From IMG/VR virus record IMGVR_UViG_3300017910_000564, positions 1 to 29,447 of that record: DNA of 29,447 bases; one strand, 5' to 3'. The DNA is from a virus. Taxonomy: Duplodnaviria > Caudoviricetes. Position 1 is the stretch's first letter, and every line of letters starts with the position of its first letter. This document shows, piece after piece, positions 17,906-25,416 of this stretch. Below the pieces are notes generated by a model. It searched no databases and had not been told where the DNA came from. It worked only from the letters and a program-made list of their open reading frames with translations. The translations under genes and the position numbers were made by a program.

Positions 17906-18062
17906 GGAGGGGATAGAGAAGCGGCCCGGTCGGGAGTCCGGTAGCTAGATGACCAGCGTGCCTCAGCACGTTAACTGCAGCCCCTCCGGGGTACATGGTC
18001 CCTTTCATTACTGCAGATGGCATCGTCCCGACATTTTCACCAGCCAGACATTGGAGGTCACA

Positions 18063-18353
18063 ATGGCTTATGTATCACTTGCTGCCAAACCCGGACACAT
18101 CACAGTCCAACGGGTTGTACATCCCGGATTTACATCCATCACCTTGAAGGTTGTCGATCAGAACGGCAGCGAATTCAATCTCAGTATCAGTGATGGCACC
18201 GAGACACCACGCATCACAGAACACGCAGCCTACATCACGGACTTGCAGTGCGAGGACAGTGACTATCGTGCGCGGTATCCTTTGTTCTTACCGCAGATCA
18301 CTGACGCTGACCTGCATGAACTGAATCAGGAAAGCGAGGCTCTTTGTGCCTAA
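18063..18353 (+). CDS. Hypothetical protein
   Basis: MAYVSLAAKPG... preceded by TGGAGGTC RBS. Confidence 0.65.
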   Translation: MAYVSLAAKPGHITVQRVVHPGFTSITLKVVDQNGSEFNLSISDGTETPRITEHAAYITDLQCEDSDYRARYPLFLPQITDADLHELNQESEALCA

Positions 18354-18531
18354 GTATGCAGTGAATGTGACGGTGTCTGTCATGCTTGACTTCATCCCCG
18401 CAGTCTCAGAGATGCACGCCAAACAGCTGGCTCATACCGAGTTGGAAAGGATCATCAATGAAAAAGCGGAGTACCAAGTTACCGAGACAGACATCTATAG
18501 CGTCACGTCGGAACCCTATCGCGAAGACTAA
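18346..18531 (+). CDS. Hypothetical protein
   Basis: 61 aa with GTG start after GAGG, overlapping the previous stop. Confidence 0.55.
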   Translation: MPKYAVNVTVSVMLDFIPAVSEMHAKQLAHTELERIINEKAEYQVTETDIYSVTSEPYRED

Positions 18532-18613
18532 CACACGCCCAATGCAAGTGATCCCCGCCAAGAAAGGGCGGGGGTCATATCGCAGAACTAAAACTTCTGT
18601 ATGGACTGAATGA
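18458..18613 (+). CDS. Small basic ArfA-like peptide
   Basis: MKKRSTKLPRQTSIASRRNPIAKTNTRPMQVIPAKKGRGSYRRTKTSVWTE with GGAAAGGA RBS; KKGRGSY resembles the ArfA KKGKGSY motif. Confidence 0.55.
   Translation: MKKRSTKLPRQTSIASRRNPIAKTNTRPMQVIPAKKGRGSYRRTKTSVWTE
18549..18577. terminator. Hairpin at the convergence of the early arm and repressor gene
   Basis: TGATCCCCGCC AAGAAAG GGCGGGGGTCA, 11 bp past the repressor stop. Confidence 0.5.
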
Positions 18614-19151
18614 CCTTGCCGATAATCTCAACATCTTTAATTTTGCGCGGCGTGCGTTCCGAATTTGTCAAATGATTCGTGTTTCTAAAGATTATCAAAG
18701 AGTCAAAATAATCGCCGACAAGCATGCCATCTTTTTCATCTTTGATAAGCAGAACATCACCATCTTTTGGCTTTGAGCAATCAACTACAATCACATATGA
18801 ATATGAAAATATTCCAGCTTGGCCATAGCCTGTGACCTCACCAAGCTGATATGCCCGAACTTTGCCAGCTTTCGGGTCGGTAATCATGTCAACAACCTCT
18901 CCTTTTGCGTTCAGCACCGGGACAGTTGTGACAGTTGGGCCTTGGCCAAAAGACGGCTGGCTTTTGGAAACAGAGGCTAACTTTGCAATAGTACGGGCGC
19001 TCGGTATGAACTTAGAATCTGAATTGAGAAACCTCGTGATATTCGTGGGCGACGTACCAGCTTTTGTAGCCCACTCGTTAGCGGACATACCTTGTTCCGA
19101 CATAACCTGACGCATCCATACCTTGATAGATTTAACTTCAACGTCGTTCAT
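18588..19151 (-). CDS. cI: CI-like phage repressor (XRE HTH plus S24-like C-terminal fold)
   Basis: SANEWATKAGTSPTNITRFLN...PSARTIAKLA HTH; divergent from a cro-like gene across operator sites. Confidence 0.75.
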   Translation of the reverse strand: MNDVEVKSIKVWMRQVMSEQGMSANEWATKAGTSPTNITRFLNSDSKFIPSARTIAKLASVSKSQPSFGQGPTVTTVPVLNAKGEVVDMITDPKAGKVRAYQLGEVTGYGQAGIFSYSYVIVVDCSKPKDGDVLLIKDEKDGMLVGDYFDSLIIFRNTNHLTNSERTPRKIKDVEIIGKVIQSIQKF

Positions 19152-19164
19152 ATAAACGGCCCCT

Positions 19165-19275
19165 ACTGCAAAAATGCAGTGTAACCGTAAGCCAGCAACA
19201 GTTCATTACGAACTAATGCAGTATAGCACCTTCAATAGTAGTTGCAATGCTGCATTAGTGCAGTAATATACAGGG
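19165..19275. promoter_or_regulatory. cI/cro switch with operators and rightward promoter
   Basis: CTGCAAAAATGCAG (19166-19179), half site TAATGCAG (19214-19221), and CTGCATTAGTGCAG (19250-19263) lying between TTGCAA (19242) and TAATAT (19264). Confidence 0.75.
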
Positions 19276-19482
19276 ATGGACAGTTATTTTGATCATCTTA
19301 AATCCCTGTGTAATCAACGGGATATAGATTTGCGTACTGCATTTGTTCTTGCTGGCATCCCGACAAGCACATTTTACAGGGCGCAGAAACGAAATGACAT
19401 GCGATTTGAAACAGCGTTGAAGGTTCTAGATGCCATCAAGCGAATTCACGCATCTCAAACAGCCAGTCAGCATCGATCCTAA
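19276..19482 (+). CDS. cro: Cro-like HTH protein
   Basis: 68 aa with LRTAFVLAGIPTSTFYRA...MRFETALKV; divergent from the repressor. Confidence 0.65.
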   Translation: MDSYFDHLKSLCNQRDIDLRTAFVLAGIPTSTFYRAQKRNDMRFETALKVLDAIKRIHASQTASQHRS

Positions 19483-19681
19483 CTGGCTTCGAACCGTCGA
19501 GCGTCTTGTCGAAGCACGCCACACACTCGCTCTGTCCCAAGAGGCATTGGCACACAAGATAGGATGTGCGTCGAGCCTCATACATAAGTGGGAGCAGTAT
19601 AAGCGTCTGCCCTCTGGATTCATGTTCCTGTGCTGGTTGGAGGCGCTCAACTGTGAAATTGAAATACGACCGCGTCGGTAA
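19430..19681 (+). CDS. XRE-family HTH regulator
   Basis: LSQEALAHKIGCASSLIHKWEQYKRLPS is a classic HTH_3 pattern. Confidence 0.8.
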   Translation: MPSSEFTHLKQPVSIDPNWLRTVERLVEARHTLALSQEALAHKIGCASSLIHKWEQYKRLPSGFMFLCWLEALNCEIEIRPRR

Positions 19682-19922
19682 GGCTCGCAGCTGCGACGCA
19701 TGTGGAACCCGTACACCTTATTATGTTTGCCCACTGAAACACTCAGGCGGGTCATACACCATTTGTCTCAACTGCTATGAGAGGGAGACATGGCAAGCCG
19801 CGCTCGCAGTAAAGGAAACTACCACGAGAACTGGTTCATCAAACTATTCAAAGCGTGGAAGATCAAAGCCAAAAAGCAACCGCTCTCTGGCAGCTTGGGC
19901 GGAGAGTATCGGGGAGACATAG
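19653..19922 (+). CDS. Putative zinc-finger protein
   Basis: GTG start after GGAGG; CDAC...CLNC motifs. Confidence 0.55.
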   Translation: MKLKYDRVGKARSCDACGTRTPYYVCPLKHSGGSYTICLNCYERETWQAALAVKETTTRTGSSNYSKRGRSKPKSNRSLAAWAESIGET

Positions 19923-20107
19923 TCCTCAACATCAACGGGATCGAACTGATCACCGAAGTCAAATACAGGAAGGGGACCTTCCCTTCCCCGTTCACCGTTC
20001 TGGATGGACGCGATGCAGCAATTTACAAACGAGGCACCGGCAACAATCCCAAGTGGATACTGATCCTGCCAGATCACGTTGTCGAACGCCTATGGAGGTC
20101 AAAGTGA
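19790..20107 (+). CDS. Hjc-type Holliday junction resolvase (PD-(D/E)xK)
   Basis: SKGNYHE...PLSGS...GDI...EVKYRK motifs. Confidence 0.8.
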   Translation: MASRARSKGNYHENWFIKLFKAWKIKAKKQPLSGSLGGEYRGDIVLNINGIELITEVKYRKGTFPSPFTVLDGRDAAIYKRGTGNNPKWILILPDHVVERLWRSK

Positions 20108-20308
20108 AATGTGAAGTTAAGGCGATGCTTCTAACGGTCATTCAAGACGCAAAACACGATTTGAATGTTGACCTTCGCCAGCTTCATGGCTTTCGAGCCA
20201 ACTTTGAATATGTCACTAGCACATACCCTAATTGCCCGAAGAAAAAAGCGGCATTGGTGGCTTGTGAATTGGCCCGTCACAGTGACGGTTGGAGGTCAAA
20301 GTGAAATG
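20093..20308 (+). repeat. 19-bp direct repeat flanking one small gene
   Basis: TGGAGGTCAAAGTGAAATG at 20093-20111 and 20290-20308. Confidence 0.9.
20104..20304 (+). CDS. Hypothetical 66-aa protein between the direct repeats
   Basis: GTG start after GGAGG; MKCEVKAMLL...DGWRSK*. Confidence 0.5.
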   Translation: MKCEVKAMLLTVIQDAKHDLNVDLRQLHGFRANFEYVTSTYPNCPKKKAALVACELARHSDGWRSK

Positions 20309-20911
20309 GCATACAGACTTGTTGATCAGGTCATCAACTCTGACATTGGCGATGCTATTGCCAAGCTTGTCCTTATTGCTCTTGCTCGATTTGCTAATGA
20401 TGCTGGCACATGCTTTCCAAGCATTGCCACACTCTGCCGTGTCACCCACCTCAGCAATGCCACTGTATGTCGCAAGCTGAACTGGCTGCAGGAACAGGGC
20501 TACATCCATCGTGATACACGCGCAGGTGTCTCAACCAGATACATGCTGCTTGTCTCACAGCGAGATACCCCTGTCTCACAGAGAGACACTAAGCAGTCAA
20601 TAAGCAGTAAGAAACATAACATACCGGAAGACTGGTCAGCGTCAGCTGATCTGCGTGCTTCCATCAACGAGGTTTTGGGAAGGGAGATAGACCATGACCA
20701 TGAAGAAGCTAAGTTCCGTGACTACTACCTTGCCGACGGCAAAGCCCTCGCCAAGTGGGAACCAGCATACAGAAACTGGTGTCGTAACATTAGACCCGCA
20801 ACGATCAACGGCGGCGCTGGAAAAGCTCAAGCATCACGCTCCAAACACAACCAACAAGGAGATTCTTTTTTCGCTAGAGCGGCTAGGTCTTTATCTAACA
20901 CCAAACATTGA
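20306..20911 (+). CDS. Phage replication initiator (N-terminal winged HTH)
   Basis: AKLVLIALARFA...CFPSIATL...LSNATVCRKLNWLQEQGYI, plus C-terminal KFRDYY...KWEPAYRNW; contains internal DNA repeats. Confidence 0.8.
   Translation: MAYRLVDQVINSDIGDAIAKLVLIALARFANDAGTCFPSIATLCRVTHLSNATVCRKLNWLQEQGYIHRDTRAGVSTRYMLLVSQRDTPVSQRDTKQSISSKKHNIPEDWSASADLRASINEVLGREIDHDHEEAKFRDYYLADGKALAKWEPAYRNWCRNIRPATINGGAGKAQASRSKHNQQGDSFFARAARSLSNTKH
20526..20589. repeat. Iterons / probable replication origin
   Basis: TGTCTCACAGCGAGATAC (20551-20568), TGTCTCACAGAGAGACAC (20572-20589) and degenerate GTGTCTCAACCAGATAC (20526-20542). Each is quasi-palindromic, and an A-rich stretch follows. Confidence 0.7.
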
Positions 20912-21308
20912 TAGCAGCTATGACATCAAAGGCTATCTCATCAAGTCTATCGATGCTGATCAGCTTTCCAGCCAATGTGCAGATGGCCTGCAGATTGTGG
21001 CTGAAAGCATGGTGCCATTGCCTGTCAATGAGATGGAGAAGGCACTACTCACATCTTCAATGCTGATGACTAAGTCACCCGGCGAAACGCCGGAGGATTT
21101 GGCCATGCGCTGCCAGCTATACGCAGCACAGATGCATGACTGGCCAGCCGATATCTTTCTCAAGACATGCGAGATCATTGTGCGCAATCACAAGTGGTGG
21201 CCTGCCTTTGCAGACTTTGAGAAAGAATATCAGTGGATGATCAAGCCACGCAAAAGGATGCATGAAGCACTGCAAAAATGCATGATTGGTATTGATCGTA
21301 CTGCATAA
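20694..21308 (+). CDS. Probable helicase loader/inhibitor-type replication protein (start uncertain)
   Basis: Follows the initiator; Y...DWPAD...KWWPAFADF pattern seen in genes at this position. Confidence 0.5.
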   Translation: MTMKKLSSVTTTLPTAKPSPSGNQHTETGVVTLDPQRSTAALEKLKHHAPNTTNKEILFSLERLGLYLTPNIDSSYDIKGYLIKSIDADQLSSQCADGLQIVAESMVPLPVNEMEKALLTSSMLMTKSPGETPEDLAMRCQLYAAQMHDWPADIFLKTCEIIVRNHKWWPAFADFEKEYQWMIKPRKRMHEALQKCMIGIDRTA

Positions 21309-21320
21309 ATGCACTATATT
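21270..21320 (+). promoter_or_regulatory. Promoter of the recombination/integration operon with two operators
   Basis: CTGCAAAAATGCAT (21270-21283); TTGATC-N17-TATATT with CTGCATAAATGCAC (21301-21314) in the spacer. Confidence 0.7.
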
Positions 21321-21342
21321 CATAGAGTGATTGGAGGTCGCA

Positions 21343-22143
21343 ATGAATGAAATGAATCACCGCATGGGCTTCATTGGTGGCTCAGACATGATGACAATTA
21401 TGGACGGGGACTGGGAGCATCTCTGGCGGATCAAGACCGGGCGTGCAGCCCCCGATGATCTCAGCAAAGTCTTCCCTGTCCAGCTTGGCATCGCCACCGA
21501 AGAGTTCAATATGTCACTGGTCGAAGACGCTACATTGCCAATGGACCGGCAACACTCAGCAGTCTTGTCATGGAACAATGTACCACTCAAAGCAACACTT
21601 GACGGCTATCGCTGGTTTCCTGCGGAACGTATTGGTATAGGCGCAGAGTGCAAGCATACCTTTGAGCGCAACACGCTGGACAATCAGCTGCAACGCTACA
21701 TGCCTCAGCTGCAGTTCTATATGTGGGTTGCCAACTGCGAGTATATGTACTTTGCCAACATCTTCGGCAACCGCGATTGGAAGATGTGCAAGGTAGATCG
21801 TGATGCTGACTACATCAAAGCAATGCAGGACCCGCTGCTGAAGTTCTGGTCCTTTGTAGCTTCAGACACACAACCTCAACTGCCGCACTACCCAGTGATG
21901 CAGCCCAGCATCAACCACATCCATATCGATGATATGATTAGTCGTGACATGACAGGCGACAACGCTTTCGCTGATCGTGCCTACGACTTCATCGAAACCA
22001 AGAGTGCGCACAAGCTTCATGAATCAGCCAAGGCTGATCTCAAAGCCATGCTCGGCCCTGACGAGCGTGAGCTTTACTCGGACGTATTGTCCGTCAAACG
22101 CACCAAGTCTGGTGTACGCATCACCGCCAAGAAGGAGGTCTAG
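21343..22143 (+). CDS. YqaJ-like viral recombinase exonuclease
   Basis: RMGFIGGSD, LWRIKTG, ATLDG, ECKHT and YMPQLQFYM motifs. Confidence 0.9.
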   Translation: MNEMNHRMGFIGGSDMMTIMDGDWEHLWRIKTGRAAPDDLSKVFPVQLGIATEEFNMSLVEDATLPMDRQHSAVLSWNNVPLKATLDGYRWFPAERIGIGAECKHTFERNTLDNQLQRYMPQLQFYMWVANCEYMYFANIFGNRDWKMCKVDRDADYIKAMQDPLLKFWSFVASDTQPQLPHYPVMQPSINHIHIDDMISRDMTGDNAFADRAYDFIETKSAHKLHESAKADLKAMLGPDERELYSDVLSVKRTKSGVRITAKKEV

Positions 22144-22144
22144 C

Positions 22145-22366
22145 ATGACGCAGAATCAAAACATCCTGATTGATCTGCAAGAGGGCAAGAAGATCAGCCC
22201 GCTTTCTGCACTGCAGGATTATGGCTGCATGAGATTGGCAGCACGCATTTGGGAGCTACGCAAAGATGGGCATGACATTCAGTCAGTCCCTGTCACCAAA
22301 GGCAAAACCACATGGGTCGAATATAAAATGGCCGAGGATGCTGCCACACCCTCGACCATACGCTAA
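22145..22366 (+). CDS. Small winged-HTH protein
   Basis: ISPLSALQDYGCMRLAARIWELRKDGHDI; AAGGAGG RBS. Confidence 0.75.
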   Translation: MTQNQNILIDLQEGKKISPLSALQDYGCMRLAARIWELRKDGHDIQSVPVTKGKTTWVEYKMAEDAATPSTIR

Positions 22367-22385
22367 CAGACTGGAGGTCAGTAGC

Positions 22386-22895
22386 ATGTCTACTTCTACC
22401 ACAAAGGCCGCACCGCCTAAACCAAAGAGTGATCCGAAGCCCAAGTTCGAATACCACACAATCGAAGAAGCATTGATCGCTTGGCACAAGACACTGCCAA
22501 GCGCATCAAAGGGCGGCACTAACCCGCACTTCCGCAGCAACTACGCCACGCTGGAAGAGGTCATTGCTGTAGCTGAGACAGCTACAGAGTTCGGCCTCAC
22601 CTTCACCCAGCTGACAGACTTCACGATTGTAGAGAATGGCATCATCGAGTTCGTCAAGACTGCCATCTTGCACGAGAGCGGTGATCGCTTGGAAGCCCGC
22701 ACACTTATCAAAGCTAAGGATTCATCCAATCCGCAGCAGATGGGATCGGGCATCACCTATGCCAAACGTTACGGCCTGCAGGCTGCGCTTGGCATCCCAT
22801 CCGAAGACGACGACGCCAATGAGGCAAGCAAGCCAAAAGCGCAACAAGTTGTCGAGTTCGGCAATAAGGCATCAAACGACGAAGGAGGTTGGTAA
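22386..22895 (+). CDS. erf: ERF-family ssDNA annealing protein
   Basis: NPHFRSNYATLE, HESG and PQQMGSGITYAKRYGL...EDDDAN motifs. Confidence 0.9.
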   Translation: MSTSTTKAAPPKPKSDPKPKFEYHTIEEALIAWHKTLPSASKGGTNPHFRSNYATLEEVIAVAETATEFGLTFTQLTDFTIVENGIIEFVKTAILHESGDRLEARTLIKAKDSSNPQQMGSGITYAKRYGLQAALGIPSEDDDANEASKPKAQQVVEFGNKASNDEGGW

Positions 22896-23134
22896 TGCCG
22901 GTATTTAAGTCAGGGATTGTTATCCCGCCCCGTGAGTTTGTAACCAACAACAAGGGCAAGACTAAGTTTGGTTGGGTTCACAACTGGAAGGTTGGGGACT
23001 GCATTGAAATCGATAGCGAGAAGGAGTGCCAGAAGATCGATAACGCCATCCGTCGCCTGACGGAAGGCAAGGTTATCCGCCGCAAGGTCACTGAAAATGA
23101 CCAGACCTTTTACCGTATGTGGAGGGTTGCATGA
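22895..23134 (+). CDS. Hypothetical small DNA-binding-like protein
   Basis: MPVFKSGIVIPP...WKVGDCIEI...YRMWRVA; coupled start. Confidence 0.7.
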   Translation: MPVFKSGIVIPPREFVTNNKGKTKFGWVHNWKVGDCIEIDSEKECQKIDNAIRRLTEGKVIRRKVTENDQTFYRMWRVA

Positions 23135-23508
23135 CGCAACAGTATGACGACACAGATCGGGGGGCGGCGTTCCCGCCCCGCGATAACCAGTCAATGATCT
23201 TGACTGGCCCCATCAATGACAATGGCGATGAGTCCCGCGTGGCCGTTGTAAAGTCCAGCCTGCCTGACGGCAGGACCATCTTCGATCTGTACCAGAAGGT
23301 AGGCACACTGTTTGACAATGAATCAGACAAGCCGAACGCGCCTCACTTCACAGGTCCATGGAAGGGCAGACGGGTTGCAGCTTGGAAGCAGCAGAAAGAC
23401 GACGGCAGCAAGTATATGTCGATGCGTATCTCTGACAAGCAGCCTCCAACCATGACGCCAATTGCTGAGACAACAGCAACCGAGATCGTGGATGACATCC
23501 CTTTCTAA
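23131..23508 (+). CDS. SSB-like protein (DUF736-like)
   Basis: VGTLF...PNAPHFTG...VAAWK...KYMSM with an acidic DDIPF tail. Confidence 0.7.
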   Translation: MTQQYDDTDRGAAFPPRDNQSMILTGPINDNGDESRVAVVKSSLPDGRTIFDLYQKVGTLFDNESDKPNAPHFTGPWKGRRVAAWKQQKDDGSKYMSMRISDKQPPTMTPIAETTATEIVDDIPF

Positions 23509-23788
23509 TATCGTAGGGATTGAAGATGTGTCTCTTGCATTGGGCATCTCACCTAAACAGGTGAAGACCCTTTGCAAGAAACACGGTGTTCCTGTGATCA
23601 AGGCAGGTCACACCATAAGATTCACAAAGGACTCAGTGGATCGATTGTTGGAGGCAATGACATGGCGTTACAGCTCATACGAAGGGGAAGCATCTACCAC
23701 ATCAACGACACCGTTTCGTGGGGTAACAAGTCAGTCCGCATACGGCAAACTACAGGCCGAACTTCAAAAGCAGAAGCGCGACAAGTAG
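23492..23788 (+). CDS. xis: Excisionase-like HTH protein
   Basis: EDVSLALGISPKQVKTLCK...IKAGHTIRF; directly upstream of the integrase. Confidence 0.7.
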   Translation: MTSLSNIVGIEDVSLALGISPKQVKTLCKKHGVPVIKAGHTIRFTKDSVDRLLEAMTWRYSSYEGEASTTSTTPFRGVTSQSAYGKLQAELQKQKRDK

Positions 23789-24618
23789 CAGACGCTGTCT
23801 ACCACCAAGCAATGCAACAACTCAGGGACGGCGGGAGTGCCGCCGTTCCTTTCTCACTAGCTGCCCTTGACTGGGTCAAAACAAAAAAGCGAGGCGACAC
23901 TGATGTCAGGAACATCGAACGTCTATCTGATTTCTTTAAGCATAAGACAACAGATCAAATCACTGCGGAGGACTGGCTGCTTTACTGCAGACAGCATCTT
24001 TCAGACCGTAGGCCAGCAACCGTAAACCGGATACGAGCGACGTTAAACGCGGTACTGCAGTCAGCCTCCACCAGTGTTGAGCTATACAAGGCAAAAGATA
24101 AATCTGAACGGAATGTCTTTTTGTCAGTGGAGCAACAAGAAAGATTGCTGGCAGCATACCCGGACTATGTACGCCCGTTCTTCATCTGCCTTTGCTACCA
24201 AGGGCTTCGCCGCAATGAAGCGATATCCCTGCAATGGCGCGACATAAACCTCGACACAGACACAATTCAAATCAGAGATGAAAACTCAAAGTCAGGAATC
24301 GGCAGGGTCATACCGCTTCATCCCCGAACGCGAGACGCCCTCGCACACAACCACCCCACACACGTCTTCGTTAACCGCTTCGGAAAGCCATACGCCAAGG
24401 AAGGACCGCGCGCGGCTCACGAGACAGCGCGCGCGCGGGCCGGACTCGACTACTTCCGAATACATGATTGGCGACATCATTGGGCGAGCAGGCTCGTTAT
24501 GGTAGGGGCCAATGTTAAAACGCTTATGGCACTGGGCGGCTGGTCATCTGAACGCATGGTCATGAGGTACGCAGCCGTAAGCGATGAACACAATCGTGAC
24601 ACACTCAACAAGCTGTGA
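23662..24618 (+). CDS. int: Tyrosine integrase
   Basis: GLRRNE (R), SKSG (K), HDWRH, GGW and MRY (Tyr) catalytic motifs; adjacent to a tRNA-derived att core. Confidence 0.93.
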   Translation: MALQLIRRGSIYHINDTVSWGNKSVRIRQTTGRTSKAEARQVADAVYHQAMQQLRDGGSAAVPFSLAALDWVKTKKRGDTDVRNIERLSDFFKHKTTDQITAEDWLLYCRQHLSDRRPATVNRIRATLNAVLQSASTSVELYKAKDKSERNVFLSVEQQERLLAAYPDYVRPFFICLCYQGLRRNEAISLQWRDINLDTDTIQIRDENSKSGIGRVIPLHPRTRDALAHNHPTHVFVNRFGKPYAKEGPRAAHETARARAGLDYFRIHDWRHHWASRLVMVGANVKTLMALGGWSSERMVMRYAAVSDEHNRDTLNKL

Positions 24619-24666
24619 GGGTAATTATGCAACAAGATCATTGGTTTATCGGCGGCACCCACGCCG

Positions 24667-24711
24667 TTGGTAAGGGTGAGGTCGCGTGTTCGAATCACGC
24701 TGGCAGCACCA
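24667..24711 (+). other. attP core: 3' half of tRNA-Thr(GGT)
   Basis: TT GGT AA GGGTG AGGTC GCGTG TTCGAAT CACGC TGGCAGC A CCA runs from the anticodon loop through the T-arm to CCA. The 5' half is absent. It lies 48 bp after the integrase. Confidence 0.9.
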
Positions 24712-24775
24712 TCGAACCCCACCTAATACACTGTAAACCAACAAGAAAGCACCAGCGTAAGCTGTGGCTGCGGAG

Positions 24776-24832
24776 ATGCATTACTGCAGGTATTGCCTGT
24801 TTTGTTCTGTTTCTGCTGCTTTATTAGTGCAG
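24776..24832. promoter_or_regulatory. Operator-like sites right of attP
   Basis: ATGCATTACTGCAG (24776-24789) and CTTTATTAGTGCAG (24819-24832). Confidence 0.5.
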
Positions 24833-24878
24833 GAAGCACAAATAAAAAACACAAATCTGACACAACAAGGAGGCGCAG

Positions 24879-25082
24879 ATGCCCTACTCACACTACAAAG
24901 ATCGTGACCTAGCACCCGGCGCAATCGCTGGTACATATCACGGCATCAACACCCGTGTTATCGAAGAGCGCAACAGGGAAGCATGGATCAAAGTATCTGA
25001 ATCCCTGCCCGACAATGCCTTCGCTGACAATGTCAAAGACAATGATGACAGGCCATACCGCAGGGGGTTTTCATATGCTTGA
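24879..25082 (+). CDS. Hypothetical protein
   Basis: 67 aa with AAGGAGG RBS. Confidence 0.7.
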   Translation: MPYSHYKDRDLAPGAIAGTYHGINTRVIEERNREAWIKVSESLPDNAFADNVKDNDDRPYRRGFSYA

Positions 25083-25416
25083 CGCTTATCAGCTGCTGGT
25101 CAAAGCACAAACAACAGTCAAAGAACGTGGGCAGGACTATGGTGATGTCCTTGAGAACCACCACCGTATCGCTGACCTGTGGAGCATTATCCTTGGACAT
25201 GATGTAGACCCTGAGCAGGTAGCCCTGTGCATGGCAGGCATCAAGATCGCACGCCTGATACAAACACCGACACATGCCGACTCATGGCTCGACCTTGCTG
25301 GTTATGCTGCTGTTGGATCAGAATGTGCTAAGGCTGCTTTGACCGCTTCCAGCGAAGATAATCTGCACCCTCATCCACATTTACAAAGCACTGCACAAAC
25401 CCAGTCGGGTGGGTAG
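25075..25416 (+). CDS. DUF6378-like phage protein
   Basis: ERGQDYGD...NHHRIADLWS...QVALCM...KIARL...DSWLDLAGYAA. Confidence 0.8.
   Translation: MLDAYQLLVKAQTTVKERGQDYGDVLENHHRIADLWSIILGHDVDPEQVALCMAGIKIARLIQTPTHADSWLDLAGYAAVGSECAKAALTASSEDNLHPHPHLQSTAQTQSGG

Noticed and set aside
24630-24711. Complete tRNA-Thr gene
   Set aside because: No 5' acceptor strand or D-arm is present. CACCC at 24656-24660 could pair with GGGTG but gives a 13-nt loop. Best read as an att core.
24615-24827. 70-aa ORF across attP
   Set aside because: It spans the att core and operator-like sites, has no recognisable motif, and would be broken on integration.
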